Positions 19,743 through 30,745 are shown, counted from the first letter of the stretch. The stretch: DNA of 64,000 nucleotides from Verrucomicrobiota bacterium (GCA_049510745.1 JBEKYR010000020.1:23555-87554); one strand, 5' to 3'. The notes: a model not told the origin generated them from the letters alone. A program made the numbers and translations.

Positions 19743-20932
19743 GCGCGGCGGCGGCCCGTCAACCCGGCCCTCCGCCATTGCTGCTGCGCCACGAACGGGT
19801 CCGCCCATCCGAGAATGAAACGGGCCAGTTTGGCCTGGAAACGGTCCCAAAAAGTCCTCGACTTCAGCCAACTCGCCTGGTCGATCCGCCGGCAATGCGC
19901 CAGGTCCCCGTCGAAGATTTCGCCCGCCTCCCGCGCCAGCCCGGCATCGGCCAGCCGCGCCATCAACTCGTAATTAATTCCCAAACTGCGCCGGTCCAGG
20001 TTGGCCGAGCCGGCATAGACGATATTGTCAATTAAAAACATCTTCGCGTGCAGGATTTGCGGCTCGTACTCGTGAATCTCCACCCCGGCCCGCAAGAGCC
20101 GCCGGTAAAAACTCTGCGCCGCCAGCCGCGCCAACGGCACGTCCGATTTGCCCGGCAGGATCAATTGCACCCGCCCGTCCCGCCGCGCCAGCCGCGCCAG
20201 CTCCCGCCGGATTTCCCACGGCGGCAGAAAATAGGGCGACATGATGCGGACCTGCCGCGCTTGCTTCAGGTCGTCGCGCAAGGCCCGCTTGATCGGGTTG
20301 TTGCGGCCGGGGCCGCCCAGGAGCAATTGCGCCTTCGGCCCTCCCACCGCTCCCACCGGTTTCCGCCGCCTTGAAAACAGGCGCTGCCTGAAATCCGCCT
20401 GGGCGAACATGTCGTCGAACGCCGCCGCCAGTTCCTGCGCCATCGGCCCGCGCACCTCCAGCCCCAATTCGCGCCAGCCGCCCGTCACGCCATCTCCGTG
20501 ATGCTCCACCGCGATATTGAAGCTTCCGATGAATCCGGCCGTCCGATCGCAGACCAGGAGCTTCCTATGGTCCCGGATGCTCCAGCGATGCAAACTCATC
20601 GGATTAAACCACCGGAATTCTCCGCCACAGGCGCGCAATCCCTCCCAGTAAGACTCCGGCAAAGTCAGCGAACCCCCGGCATCGACCAGCACTTGCACGC
20701 GCACGCCGCGCCGACGAGCCTCAATCAAGGCTTGGCGGCATGGTTCGGTGGCCGGGCTGGCGTCAAAAAAATACACTTCCAGCCGCACCGATTCGCGCGC
20801 GTTCGCAATCGCGGCCAGCATCCTGTCCAGCGCATCCCGGCCGGTTTTCAGCCAGGTGAATTGCCCCTCGGCCTGTGAACTCATCATTTCCCTTGATTTC
20901 ATTGGATTTGCGGTGGGTTCGATCCCCGCCAC
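19718..20932 (-). CDS. cls: Cardiolipin synthase-like phospholipase D (ClsB type)
   Basis: Two HKD motifs (DHRKLLVCD, LHAKMFLID) and GSANLD; start uncertain. Confidence 0.87.
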   Translation of the reverse strand: MAGIEPTANPMKSREMMSSQAEGQFTWLKTGRDALDRMLAAIANARESVRLEVYFFDASPATEPCRQALIEARRRGVRVQVLVDAGGSLTLPESYWEGLRACGGEFRWFNPMSLHRWSIRDHRKLLVCDRTAGFIGSFNIAVEHHGDGVTGGWRELGLEVRGPMAQELAAAFDDMFAQADFRQRLFSRRRKPVGAVGGPKAQLLLGGPGRNNPIKRALRDDLKQARQVRIMSPYFLPPWEIRRELARLARRDGRVQLILPGKSDVPLARLAAQSFYRRLLRAGVEIHEYEPQILHAKMFLIDNIVYAGSANLDRRSLGINYELMARLADAGLAREAGEIFDGDLAHCRRIDQASWLKSRTFWDRFQAKLARFILGWADPFVAQQQWRRAGLTGRRRAYLARATK

Positions 20933-21771
20933 CCTTGCCGGATCGCCTCGGGCGTCAGCCCTTTTTCCCGCAACGTTCGCAGGCTGGCGGCGTCCTCGCG
21001 CTTGGCCAGGCGCACTCCGGCCTCATTGGTGACCAGGGGACAATGATAAAATGCCGGCGGCTCCAAACTCAGCGCCCGATATAGCAACAACTGCCGCGCC
21101 GTCGAGAGCAGCAAATCCGCCCCCCGCACCACTTCCGTAATCCCCATCGCCGCGTCGTCGAGCACGACCGCCAGTTGATATGACGGCACAGCGTCGTGCC
21201 GCCAGACCACAAAATCGCCAAAGTCCTTCCCCGCCACGAATCGCTGCGCTCCGAAACCGCCGTCTTCAAACTCAATCGCCGCGCCCTCCGGCACGCGAAA
21301 CCGCCAATTCGGCGGACGCTTCCCGCCGCGCGGCGCCGTCCGCCCGGACGCTCCGGGCGCGGGCCGGCAGGTTCCGGGATAAAGGGGTTCCTCCTCGCCC
21401 GCGTGGGGCGCCTGCAACGCCCGCCGCACATCCCGGCGCGAGCAGTGACACGGATACACCCAGCCGCCCGCCCGCAACCGTTCAAATCCTGTCAAATAAA
21501 ACTCTCGCCGTTCGCTTTGCGCGTAGGGGCCGCGCGGCCCCCCGCAATCCGGCCCTTCCTGCCAGCGCAGCCCGAACCACCGCAAATCCTCGAGCATCGC
21601 CGCGGCGAATTCCGGGCGCGACCGGCTGGCGTCCAGGTCTTCGTTGCGCAGAATCAGCGTCCCGCCCGCCGCCCGCGCGCGCTCCGACGCCGTCCAAAAA
21701 GTCCGCGCATGGCCCGCATGGAGGAAACCGGTGGGGGAAGGCGCCAATCGGCCGCGGTAGGCGGAAGCCAT
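20899..21771 (-). CDS. gluQ: Glutamyl-Q tRNA(Asp) synthetase
   Basis: GRLAPSPTGFLHAGH, YQLAVVLDD and RLAKR motifs; no anticodon-binding domain. Confidence 0.9.
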   Translation of the reverse strand: MASAYRGRLAPSPTGFLHAGHARTFWTASERARAAGGTLILRNEDLDASRSRPEFAAAMLEDLRWFGLRWQEGPDCGGPRGPYAQSERREFYLTGFERLRAGGWVYPCHCSRRDVRRALQAPHAGEEEPLYPGTCRPAPGASGRTAPRGGKRPPNWRFRVPEGAAIEFEDGGFGAQRFVAGKDFGDFVVWRHDAVPSYQLAVVLDDAAMGITEVVRGADLLLSTARQLLLYRALSLEPPAFYHCPLVTNEAGVRLAKREDAASLRTLREKGLTPEAIRQGWRGSNPPQIQ

Positions 21772-22856
21772 TATCGTTGGATGCGCGCCGAGCCGCCCTT
21801 CATCACGTGCATCACTTCCTCCAGCCCCACCTGTGAAGTGTCGCCGCGCGTGCTTTGCAGCAACGCCCCGTGCGCCGCGGCAAAATTGACGATCTGCTCC
21901 GGCTCCATCCCTTTGCTGAAGCCGTAGGCGATGCCGCTGGAAAAACCGTCCCCGCCCCCGACCCGGTCCTCGATTTCCAGGTCCTTGAACGGCCGCGCCT
22001 CGTAAAACTGCCCGTCGTGCCACAGGATGCCGCCCCAATTGTTGACCAGCCCGCTCTTGACCTCCCGCAGCGTCGTGCAGACGGCCTGGATGTTGGGGAA
22101 CGTTTTCACCACGCGCAGCACCATCCGTTTGTAAGCCTCCACCGGCAATTCGCGCAAATCCGCCGTCGTGCCTTCGACTTCAAAGCCGAGCGCCTTTTGA
22201 AAATCCTCCTCGTTGCCGATCAACACCTGCACGTGCGGGATGATCTCGCGCGTCACCGCGATGGCCTTCTGGCTGCTCCACAGTTTGCCGCGGAAATTCA
22301 GGTCGTAACTCGTCACCGTCCCCGCCGCGCGCGCCGCCTGCAACGCCGCCTTCGTCACCGCCGCGCTGTGCTCCGACAGCGACGCCAGAATGCCGCCGGT
22401 GTGCAGCCAGACAGCGCCCTGTTCCTGGAAAATTTTCGGGAAATTGATTTCATCCGGCCGCATCAGGCTGATCGAGGAATGGCCCCGGTCGTACATCGTC
22501 ACGCTGGCCCGCACGCCGGTGCCGACCTCGGTGAAATTCAGCCCGACCCGGCCGGCGCAGCCGACGCCGTCAAATTTCTCCAGCAACACATTGGAAACAT
22601 CCAGGCCGACGGCGCGGGCATGATTGAGAATGATGCGCGCCACCGGGTTATCGGGCAGCTTGCTGACGAACCCGGCGCGCAACCCCAGGCGCGCGCAAGC
22701 GTAAGCCACATTGAATTCGCCGCCGCCGACATCGACTTCCAACACCCTGGCAAACTCGATGCGGCCATGGCCGGGCGGCGCCAGGCGAACCATGCACTCG
22801 CCGAGAGCCAGGATGTCGAATTTGCACTTCGCGGAGTCACGCAGTTGAATAGACAT
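21771..22856 (-). CDS. PfkB-family sugar kinase (KDG kinase-like)
   Basis: GGGEFNVA, SYDLNFRGKLW and DRVGGGDGF motifs. Confidence 0.9.
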   Translation of the reverse strand: MSIQLRDSAKCKFDILALGECMVRLAPPGHGRIEFARVLEVDVGGGEFNVAYACARLGLRAGFVSKLPDNPVARIILNHARAVGLDVSNVLLEKFDGVGCAGRVGLNFTEVGTGVRASVTMYDRGHSSISLMRPDEINFPKIFQEQGAVWLHTGGILASLSEHSAAVTKAALQAARAAGTVTSYDLNFRGKLWSSQKAIAVTREIIPHVQVLIGNEEDFQKALGFEVEGTTADLRELPVEAYKRMVLRVVKTFPNIQAVCTTLREVKSGLVNNWGGILWHDGQFYEARPFKDLEIEDRVGGGDGFSSGIAYGFSKGMEPEQIVNFAAAHGALLQSTRGDTSQVGLEEVMHVMKGGSARIQR

Positions 22857-23373
22857 AAGATGCGCGGTGGATTGTATGTCCGCCTCCAGAATTGGCAAGG
22901 CGTTCTCAGGACAGGCGTTTTTACGTTCTTACGTTCTTACGGGGCGCATCGGTCGGTGGCCGGTCGTTTGCAGTTCCATGATAAAATCTTGCGGGGCCTA
23001 CGCGTACGCCGCCAAGCGATACGTCGCCAAAGAACAGGACATGCCGGAAATGGAACATAAGCGGCCGTCCCACAAAGAGCGCCCTCATTTACCTGACGCC
23101 AAACGGTCGCAAGCCTAATTCGCTCGACGAGGTGACGCTAAGAATGTATGAAGTAAACGGGCGGCTAAAATGCTGGAATTATCACGTTGAACTTCGGAAT
23201 TGGTTGGAGGATTGCCAGCGCGAGTGCGAGGCAGAAAAGATTAGATATTATTTGAGAGCTTTTCTTGGCTCGGCAAGGAGACAGCCCATAGGCTGGAATT
23301 GGCAAAATTGATGTGTTTTTGAACTTGAAAGCACGCAGGAAAACGGATAAATTATCGCAGTCTCACAAAAATT

Positions 23374-24222
23374 ATGAATAGGCCACGACTCAACCGGGTG
23401 CATGAGGCCGGCGGGAAATTCAGGAGTTCTCCAATGCCGGAAAACGAAGCGTCGGGCCGGCGCAAAGGCGGATTTACCCTGATCGAATTGCTGGTGGTCA
23501 TTGCCATCATCGCGATTCTGGCGGCCCTGCTGTTGCCCGCCCTGGCCAAGACCAAATCCGAGGCGAATCGCGCCACGTGCAAGAGCAACGAGAAGCAACA
23601 ACTCGTGGCGCTGGCCATGTACGCGGGCGAAAACAAGGACAATCTTCCGACCAGCTTCAGTGGCTATTGGGCGCATGACATGTCCGCCAATGTCTGCCAG
23701 GCCATGACCGCCAATGGCGCCGCTTACAAAATCTGGTATGATCCCGGCGACATCGGGAATTCGTCCGTCAATCTCCTGAAAGAATGGACCAACTGGAATT
23801 TCCTCGGTTATTCGCAAGTGGGCTATGCTCAAACTTTTCCCGGCACGGCTTCCTACAGCACATACGGGTCATGGCCATTTCAAACCAACCTTAATGCCAA
23901 ACTGAGCGAGAGTACGGTATCTTACCAGGGCCAAAGCTTGCAGATTAGCCTCGCCACCCGTCCGCAGTTGGCATGCGAACTGCTTACTGCGCTCACGTCT
24001 GCTCCCCCCGCTCCCATGACCATTAGCCTGCGGGATGGATATAAGTGGAATGGGCTGATCGGGGGGGAGTACACCTATACCACTTCCCACATGTCGAGTC
24101 CGGTAAGGCCCGCTGGCGTCAATATTGGAATGATAGACGCCCACGTCGAATGGCGCCCTTTTAATTCCCCGTTAATTCAGCCTCGGGCGGGCGATTCGAC
24201 TGCTCCGGTTTACTTTTACTAA
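23374..24222 (+). CDS. Prepilin-type N-terminal cleavage/methylation domain protein (H-X9-DG-like C-terminus)
   Basis: [28 protein letters not shown]-terminal H...[13 protein letters not shown]; start may be 23434. Confidence 0.88.
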   Translation: MNRPRLNRVHEAGGKFRSSPMPENEASGRRKGGFTLIELLVVIAIIAILAALLLPALAKTKSEANRATCKSNEKQQLVALAMYAGENKDNLPTSFSGYWAHDMSANVCQAMTANGAAYKIWYDPGDIGNSSVNLLKEWTNWNFLGYSQVGYAQTFPGTASYSTYGSWPFQTNLNAKLSESTVSYQGQSLQISLATRPQLACELLTALTSAPPAPMTISLRDGYKWNGLIGGEYTYTTSHMSSPVRPAGVNIGMIDAHVEWRPFNSPLIQPRAGDSTAPVYFY

Positions 24223-24224
24223 TC

Positions 24225-24500
24225 AGGTGACTTCTTAAATACACCGACGTATCATTGTCAAGACCAAATTCTCCGTCGTTATCAAATCCCAATTGAAGCG
24301 AAGCGGTTGTGCCGGAGGCGGTGACGTTGAACAGCAAGTTTGTCCAACCAAAAGCGGACCTGTTTGAGCCGTCAGAAAGAACGCTGCCGTTCCACGAAAC
24401 CAGAAACTCGTTCGGCGTGGAGCCATGGTAATTGTTGAGCCACAAAGAGAGCCAATAACCCGCGCCCGGGGTGGTGGTGATCGTTTGGGAAAGATATTCC
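24225..24500 (-). pseudogene. Fragment of a carbohydrate-binding-like beta-sandwich domain
   Basis: YLSQTITTTPGAGYWLSLWL...NEFLVSWNG...FGWTNLLFNVTA...LGFDND; no credible N-terminus. Confidence 0.6.
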
Positions 24501-24668
24501 CGCTCTCCGGCAGGCGCACGCCTCCGCGTCGAGAACAAGGAGAGTTTCGCACATCAGAAGAATCCCCGCGGCTTCATAATGGCGCAAAAAGAAATGCACA
24601 AAGCCCGGTTGCCCGGCTTGAAGTCAATCAGGTGAGATGATCCGCTGGAGATTTTCGGCCGGACTCGT

Positions 24669-26963
24669 TTATGGTCCAGGCGGCGTGGCCGGCCCGCGCC
24701 ACACGCTTCCGCCGAAAGTCGTGACATGGATCACGGCGTCGTTGGCGGGATCGAACTCGACTCGCTGGATGTTCGAGAAAGGCAACTCATCGAAGGCCCG
24801 CCAGGTCTTCCCGTTGTCGCGTGAGAGCCAGAGGCCGGCGCCGGGAGCGTCTTCGGTCAGGGTCATGTAAATCCAGCCATCGTGATTCGGGTGGAAATAG
24901 CCGCCAAAAGTCTGCGGGCCTTCGCGCCCTATGCGCTGCCAGGTTTGGCCGCCGTCCTCGGTGAGATAGAGGCCGCCGGATTGGTCGCCCCGGCCGGCGT
25001 CCGCCGCGCCCAGCAGGATTCGCCGGCTGTTATGGGGATCTACGGAAAAGTCCTTGGGATAAAGCAAGGGCTTGGAGGCATTGATCTTTTCCCAGGTTTC
25101 CGCCCCGTCTTTGGAACGATAGAGGCCGGTGCCTTCGGACATAAGAGGCTGGCCGGACGCGGGCCGCTTGGCGCAGATGACGGCGAACAGTGTGCCGTCG
25201 TGGTGGAGAATTACACGATACACGCGCATGTTGTCGGGATGGCCCAGGCCGCTTTTCTTGAGTGTCCAAGTCTTGCCGTCGTCGGTGGACTTGAAGACGC
25301 CTTCGTCAAACACGCCGGCATAGAGCGTGCGTGCTTTCTTCGGACTGGCGGGGTCAAGCACGATGGAAGTCACCGGTTTGCGCGGAAGTCCTTCCGTCTG
25401 GCTTTTCCACGACACGGCGAAGTCCGTCGAGAGGCAGACACCGCCGGGACGCTCATGCCCGTGGCGCTCGGAAATAATGTTGTCGTTGGGGATGTCATGC
25501 ACGTCGGAGAATGCACCCCATATCTTGCCGGGCGTTTCGGGGTCAAACGCCATCTCGTAACAGGTGTTCCGCCACGGCGACCATGACTTGGGGTCCCACC
25601 AAATCCAGCTCTTGCCGTCGTCGGTGGAGCGGGCCATCCCGATGTCGGTATAGCAGATGTATTGGCGGTTGGGTTCCAACGGATCAATGTAGAAATGCCA
25701 AGTGGTCGTAACGACCAAGCCGTTGCAAACCCAGGCGGAGCCCGGACCGGGCTTCTGGCCGGGCGCCGGATAAGTGTGTCCGCCGAACCACGTCGCGCCT
25801 CCATCATGGGTGATGTGCGGCTCGTTGCGCACCAGGATGACCCGGTTGGGATCGGTGTTGCAGATGGCCACGCCGAAGGGCCTCTCGCCGCCCTTAAAGG
25901 ATTGCCCGCACGAGGCAGTTTCCCAATTCGGCGCGACATTGTAGCGCTGGAAACGCGGATCCTCAAAGTAAGTCGCGCGCCATGTTTCGCCGCCGTCGTC
26001 GCTGCGGTACACCGTGTCGCTGTGCGGCGGGTGGAAGCCGGTGCTGGTGTTGAAGGCATAGACGGTGAGAGGTTTGGCGTCGGTCGCCAGCAATTGGTTG
26101 TATTGCGAAATGGAACCGTAGGCCCACTGGTCGGCCTTCTTCGTTTCAGTGTTTAGTCCCTGGCCCATCGCAGATTCCCAGGTTTCGCCCCGATCCCGCG
26201 AGCGGTAGAGGCCGCCCTTGAAGGCGCCGTTCTCGTCCTTGCTGCGGATGGAGCAGTACAGCATCACCATCTTCCCCGCCGCGTCAGAACCGCCGGCGAA
26301 ACCCTGAAGCTCCTTCCACGGCAGTCCCTTGGTTTTCTCCAACCACGTTTGGCCGCCGTCGTCGGATCGCCAGATGCCCCGGTCTGTGGCAGCGAACAGC
26401 GCTTGGCCCTGCCGGGTGCGGTCAAAATGAAAGGTGATCACCTGGCCCGCCGGCCCCTGGCACGCGGCCCACGTTTCCCCCGCATCGCGCGAGAGCCAGC
26501 AGCGGCCGTTGCGCGAGCCGGCCAACATGATCTTGGCATCCGACGGATTGATCGCGATTTCTCCGGCCAGCGAATCCCTGAGATTGCCGATGGACGCGAA
26601 CGTCTTGCCCCGGTCACGGCTGATCTTGAGTCGTCCCCCGGAGGAGGCGTAGATGATGTTCGGGTCGGTTGGGTGAAAAGCCGGACGGCAGGCCGTATCG
26701 CTGTGAAGTTGCGCGTGGGTGATCATGCGCCAGTTGCGGCCGCCGTCTTCCGAGATGTAGGCGGCGCTCATGTCGCAATTCAACATCATCAAGTTCGGGT
26801 CCGCCGGAGAAATCGAGGGACTGAACATGGCGCCGCCACCGGAGATGCCAATGGGTTGCCAGGAAGGGGGCTGGGCCGGCGAATTGGCCGGGAGGAGTCC
26901 GCCGAGCAGGCAGAGCCCAAGCGAAAGGTGCTTCAAATAAGAACAAAAGGTCAGGGATTTCAT
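24669..26963 (-). CDS. Secreted BNR/Asp-box repeat beta-propeller protein (GH74/VPS10-like)
   Basis: Signal peptide; many SxDGGxTW repeats; WQPIGISGGG...NCDMSAAYIS N-terminus. Confidence 0.85.
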   Translation of the reverse strand: MKSLTFCSYLKHLSLGLCLLGGLLPANSPAQPPSWQPIGISGGGAMFSPSISPADPNLMMLNCDMSAAYISEDGGRNWRMITHAQLHSDTACRPAFHPTDPNIIYASSGGRLKISRDRGKTFASIGNLRDSLAGEIAINPSDAKIMLAGSRNGRCWLSRDAGETWAACQGPAGQVITFHFDRTRQGQALFAATDRGIWRSDDGGQTWLEKTKGLPWKELQGFAGGSDAAGKMVMLYCSIRSKDENGAFKGGLYRSRDRGETWESAMGQGLNTETKKADQWAYGSISQYNQLLATDAKPLTVYAFNTSTGFHPPHSDTVYRSDDGGETWRATYFEDPRFQRYNVAPNWETASCGQSFKGGERPFGVAICNTDPNRVILVRNEPHITHDGGATWFGGHTYPAPGQKPGPGSAWVCNGLVVTTTWHFYIDPLEPNRQYICYTDIGMARSTDDGKSWIWWDPKSWSPWRNTCYEMAFDPETPGKIWGAFSDVHDIPNDNIISERHGHERPGGVCLSTDFAVSWKSQTEGLPRKPVTSIVLDPASPKKARTLYAGVFDEGVFKSTDDGKTWTLKKSGLGHPDNMRVYRVILHHDGTLFAVICAKRPASGQPLMSEGTGLYRSKDGAETWEKINASKPLLYPKDFSVDPHNSRRILLGAADAGRGDQSGGLYLTEDGGQTWQRIGREGPQTFGGYFHPNHDGWIYMTLTEDAPGAGLWLSRDNGKTWRAFDELPFSNIQRVEFDPANDAVIHVTTFGGSVWRGPATPPGP

Positions 26964-26970
26964 TTCTTTC

Positions 26971-27411
26971 TCACTTGGGCATTCCATCGGCGCGAAACCC
27001 GCCCGGCGGCAGCATCTCTCCGGACGCGAGACGACAGGGCGTGGTTCCAAAATTGGCGGTGATCGTGACCCCGTTGGCGAAGACTGTCTGCTGGACGTTC
27101 CGATCCGCAGTCAGGAAACGGTGGTCCGTCATTTCTGAGTAACCTGCGGCGCGAACATAGGGGCATGTGTTCGTGTAACTTTGCACGAACCTGGCCTCGC
27201 AGGCCACGCCCGTGCGGTCCTCGAAAAACCCCGACCATCCCAGTGGAAACTGCTGCTCGGCCTGGCCGCGGAAGGCATATCCGACGGCGTAAATTCCCAG
27301 CTCATCGAGATCCATCACCGGCAGGTCGGGACTGACGGCTGGTTGCGCCTTGGCCGAGGTCACCAAGGCGGGGACGGTCAGGAAAATCAGCGCCCGGCGG
27401 ATAGCCTTCAT
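26971..27411 (-). pseudogene. Probable internally deleted glycoside-hydrolase gene
   Basis: Signal peptide and short N-terminal piece joined directly to EMTDHRFLTADRNVQQTVFANGVTITANFG, which resembles the tail of GH129/GH101-like enzymes. Confidence 0.55.
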
Positions 27412-27633
27412 ACGTTTCAACGCCAGAGTATCCCAAGTCGGCAATGGGTAGCAAGAAATGAGAGGTTTACTCAATGCCAAATAGGAGCAAGCCCTTGGTG
27501 GCGCAACTCTTGAAGATCAGTTCCCGCCAATGCGCCGCCCCCGATACCAGGCTTCATTAACCCCATGACGTGAGGGGCGAGAACAACGTGATCGAGCGAT
27601 TAGCCGCCATTGAGACCAGACGACGGCACGTCG

Positions 27634-29607
27634 TCATTTTGCATCCCGGGCAATTACCGGAAGCTCAATAAAGCTCGCATTCTGCGGCGTGTACCAGATG
27701 CGTTGGGTGGCTTTGACGAAGCTTTCGGGTTTGGCGAACATAATGTTCGGCACGTAGGTTTGAGGGTTGCGGTCGTAGAGCGGAAACCAGGTGGACTGGA
27801 TCTGCACCATGATCCGGTGCCCCGGCAGGAACATGTGGCACACATTGGGCAGCCGGAGCCGATAGGGCAGAACCTTGTTGGACTCGATCGGCTGCGGGTT
27901 CGCCGGGTCCAGCCGGTAACGGCCGCGCAGAATGTCGGCGGAGAGCATCTGTTGATAGCCTCCGAGTTTGGGGTGGTCGGGAACTTCATCGGGCCAAACG
28001 TCTATGATCTTCACCACCCAATCGGAGTCGGTTCCGCTGGTGGACGCAGACAGCCGGGCAATCGGCTCGCCAGCGACTCGCAGAGGCTCTTTGAGCACTT
28101 CGGTCTCATAGACCAAAACGTCCGGACGGCAGGCGGCATGGCGCTGGTCATCAACCAGCCATTCGTTCCAGGTCAAGTCCTGCGTCGGCCGCTGCCGATA
28201 CGGAACCGGTTTTGCAGGGTCGGAAACATATTCATCGTATTCCTGCTGGGATAATTCCGGCCGTTCAAATCCGAGCCGGTTGCCGGGAAGGAGATAAAGG
28301 TTTCGTGCCTGCTCGGGGCATCCTTCAGCGCATGAGCGCGGCCAGGCGTCGTAGCGATGCCACTGGTCGGCGCCCGTTTCATACACGAGCACGCGCGGGG
28401 TATCGGGCATGGGCGCGTCCTTCAGGTAATGGTCGAGGAAAGGCTGCATCACCGTGCGTCGAAACCAGGCCGCCGTGTCGCCTTCGAACTGAAGCTGGCC
28501 AATATCGCGGCCTTCGCCCCGTCCCTGGCCGTGGTTCCACGGCCCCAAGACCAGATGCACGATCCCGCCCGATGGGTCCTTGCCCGATAATGCTCTGTAA
28601 AGGGCAGGGCCGCCGTAAATATCTTCCTGATCGAAAAGGCCGGAGACGATCAGCATGGGCACCTTCAGCGGCTCTTTGGCCAGCAGCTTATCCACCGCCT
28701 GGTCCTGCCAGAACGAATCGTAGGCGGGGTGATCCGCGATGGCGCGCCAGAAACCGAGTTGCTCAAGCCCGCGGGACGCGGCCATCGCGCCCGCCGAGCC
28801 GCCTCTCAGGAACTCATCGTAAGTGTCGCGAACCCCGGACCACCAGGTTTGGTCATTGCCGCGCGTCGCCTCCTGGGCGTAAGTGTATGTGAGCGTGCCT
28901 TCCTGCCGAAAGGCGCCGTTGTGAAACCAGTCATCCCCCATCCAGCCGTCAACCATCGGCGCGAAGGGCACCACGGCCTTGAGCGCCGGATGCGGATGCA
29001 CCGTGGACATGACGGTGGTGTAACCCTCGTACGAGCCGCCGATCGTGCCCACGCGTCCGTTGGATTCGGGCACATTCTTCACCAGCCAGTCAATTGTGTC
29101 GTAAGTATCCGTGGCGTGGTCAACGTCGGTGGAGTTGAGCGGACCCCGGAGCGGCCGGGTCATCACATAATCGCCTTCGGACCCGTATTTGCCGCGGACG
29201 TCCTGAAAGACAATGATGTAGTCGGCGGCTACCGCGGTTTCATCCATTTGCGGAACCACGGCGGCCAGATGCGGACTGTTAAAGCGCAGCACCCGGGCGG
29301 ACGCGCTGTACGGCGTGCGGGTGAGCAACATCGGCGCGCGGGCGGCGACTTTCGGGACGAGAATGAAGGTCTTCAGTTTCACGCCGTCGCGCATGGCGAC
29401 CATTTCCTCGCGCTTCACGTAATCGAAGTCGTTGGTCCTGGGCTTAAAAGTCTCCGGCATGTCGCTGGGCAATTTCGCCACAACTCCACCGGCGCGCGCA
29501 TCGCCGGGACAGAGCATGACGCAGCCCGCGGCGAGCGCCGCCCAGGTGACGAACCGGGGAAAGTTCGCTAATCCAGTCCTTTTCCGGCGTGGTATTTCTT
29601 TCGTCAT
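27634..29607 (-). CDS. CocE/NonD family hydrolase (alpha-amino acid ester hydrolase-like)
   Basis: MRDGVKL, LLTRTPY, QDVRGKYGSEG, GGSYEG (catalytic Ser) and GPWNHG motifs. Confidence 0.92.
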   Translation of the reverse strand: MTKEIPRRKRTGLANFPRFVTWAALAAGCVMLCPGDARAGGVVAKLPSDMPETFKPRTNDFDYVKREEMVAMRDGVKLKTFILVPKVAARAPMLLTRTPYSASARVLRFNSPHLAAVVPQMDETAVAADYIIVFQDVRGKYGSEGDYVMTRPLRGPLNSTDVDHATDTYDTIDWLVKNVPESNGRVGTIGGSYEGYTTVMSTVHPHPALKAVVPFAPMVDGWMGDDWFHNGAFRQEGTLTYTYAQEATRGNDQTWWSGVRDTYDEFLRGGSAGAMAASRGLEQLGFWRAIADHPAYDSFWQDQAVDKLLAKEPLKVPMLIVSGLFDQEDIYGGPALYRALSGKDPSGGIVHLVLGPWNHGQGRGEGRDIGQLQFEGDTAAWFRRTVMQPFLDHYLKDAPMPDTPRVLVYETGADQWHRYDAWPRSCAEGCPEQARNLYLLPGNRLGFERPELSQQEYDEYVSDPAKPVPYRQRPTQDLTWNEWLVDDQRHAACRPDVLVYETEVLKEPLRVAGEPIARLSASTSGTDSDWVVKIIDVWPDEVPDHPKLGGYQQMLSADILRGRYRLDPANPQPIESNKVLPYRLRLPNVCHMFLPGHRIMVQIQSTWFPLYDRNPQTYVPNIMFAKPESFVKATQRIWYTPQNASFIELPVIARDAK

Positions 29608-29757
29608 CTTGCAGAGAGTAAACGCCAAGGACCAAGCTCACGCAAGCCGCACAAACGCGGGCAGTGGGATACTTTGATTCTCGAAGGGCGCGCCCAATGA
29701 GTGTCAATTCGTGCGGCGAACTGTAATGGTTGAACGCAACAACTGAACATTTGATTG

Positions 29758-30335
29758 TCAACGAAACGAGGGTTCGATTCCCTTCACCCGCTCCATTTGA
29801 CAGGTTGCGACAGGTTCCGCCAAACCGTGATAAACACCCATGTTTGCAAGGGTTTCGTGAGTGTTTGACCCTCCACTGTTTGCGTCAGGATGCGACACCG
29901 TTTGACCATTTCCGCCTAAATTCTGTGCGCGTATTTGTGTATAGCCCGGCGCTGCATCCAACCGCGACAAGTTCTTGATTGCATCGTAAATCGGCACCTG
30001 CATTTCGTCGGTGTAAACCTTCGCCGTCAACTTGATGTCGCTGTGGCGCATCAATTTCATTGCGAACCGTTGCGCCACGCCATTGCGTTGCAGAAAAGTC
30101 GGCCAGGTGTAACGCAGCGCGTGGAAATCGGCGTACCGCCCCAACTCATCCTGGCAGGGAATTCCGTTGCGCTCCAGGTCTTTCCTCAACCGCAAAGCGC
30201 GTGGAATGCCATTCGGGAACACCAGATCAGTCGCACCGCAGTTTAGTGGCCGGTGAAGGGTCAACGCCTCGACAATCTCCGGCACCAGTTGCACGGACTC
30301 CTCTTTCTTGTTTTTGGCCGCATAGTCCCGCACCA
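29758..30335 (-). pseudogene. Tyrosine recombinase/integrase, C-terminal remnant
   Basis: ADFHALRYT (HxxR) and LMRHSDIKLTAKVYT (H...Y); N-terminal domains and box I Arg are missing. Confidence 0.85.
29766..29795 (+). repeat. tRNA-Gly-like 3' fragment (att core)
   Basis: ACGAGGGTTCGATTCCCTTCACCCGCTCCA forms a T-arm, acceptor strand and CCA; no 5' half upstream. Confidence 0.75.
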
Positions 30336-30494
30336 CCACGAACGGCACGGCTGGCGGCGCGGGTAAAGGGGGCCCTGGCGTGGGCTGTGCTCGACTCTCG
30401 CACCTGAAGCACGCAACCACCCGGGACCTAAAAAGTGGCAAAGCAAAATCTCAGTGCAATTCGTAAGACCAGGTGTACGTCCTTGATAATCAAG

Positions 30495-30571
30495 TGGTCG
30501 GAGCGACAGGATTTGAACCTGCGGCGTCTTGGTCCCAAACCAAGTGCTCTACCAGGCTGAGCTACGCTCCG
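30495..30571 (-). tRNA. tRNA-Pro (TGG)
   Basis: CGGAGCGTAGCTCAGCCTGGTAGAGCACTTGGTTTGGGACCAAGACGCCGCAGGTTCAAATCCTGTCGCTCCGACCA; full cloverleaf with CCA. Confidence 0.97.
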
Positions 30572-30745
30572 ATCCGTTCACCCTATGCCACTTGCAGAGA
30601 AACCCATCCCGACTCGAATCATCGGGAGGATACTACGGCCTTTTCAAAAAGGGGGGCAAGCCATTTCGCCGCTCTTTGAAAGCCGGCGCTCGCAAACCGG
30701 CTCTCCGGAAGCCGTCAATTCAGCGGGATTTGGCTCTTGCGCACT

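Noticed and set aside
29720..29795. Complete tRNA-Gly gene
   Set aside because: Only the T-arm and acceptor 3' strand are present; upstream sequence cannot form the D or anticodon arms.
22900..30571. Intact prophage or ICE at tRNA-Pro
   Set aside because: The integrase is truncated, no phage or conjugation genes are present, and no second tRNA-Pro att copy was found.
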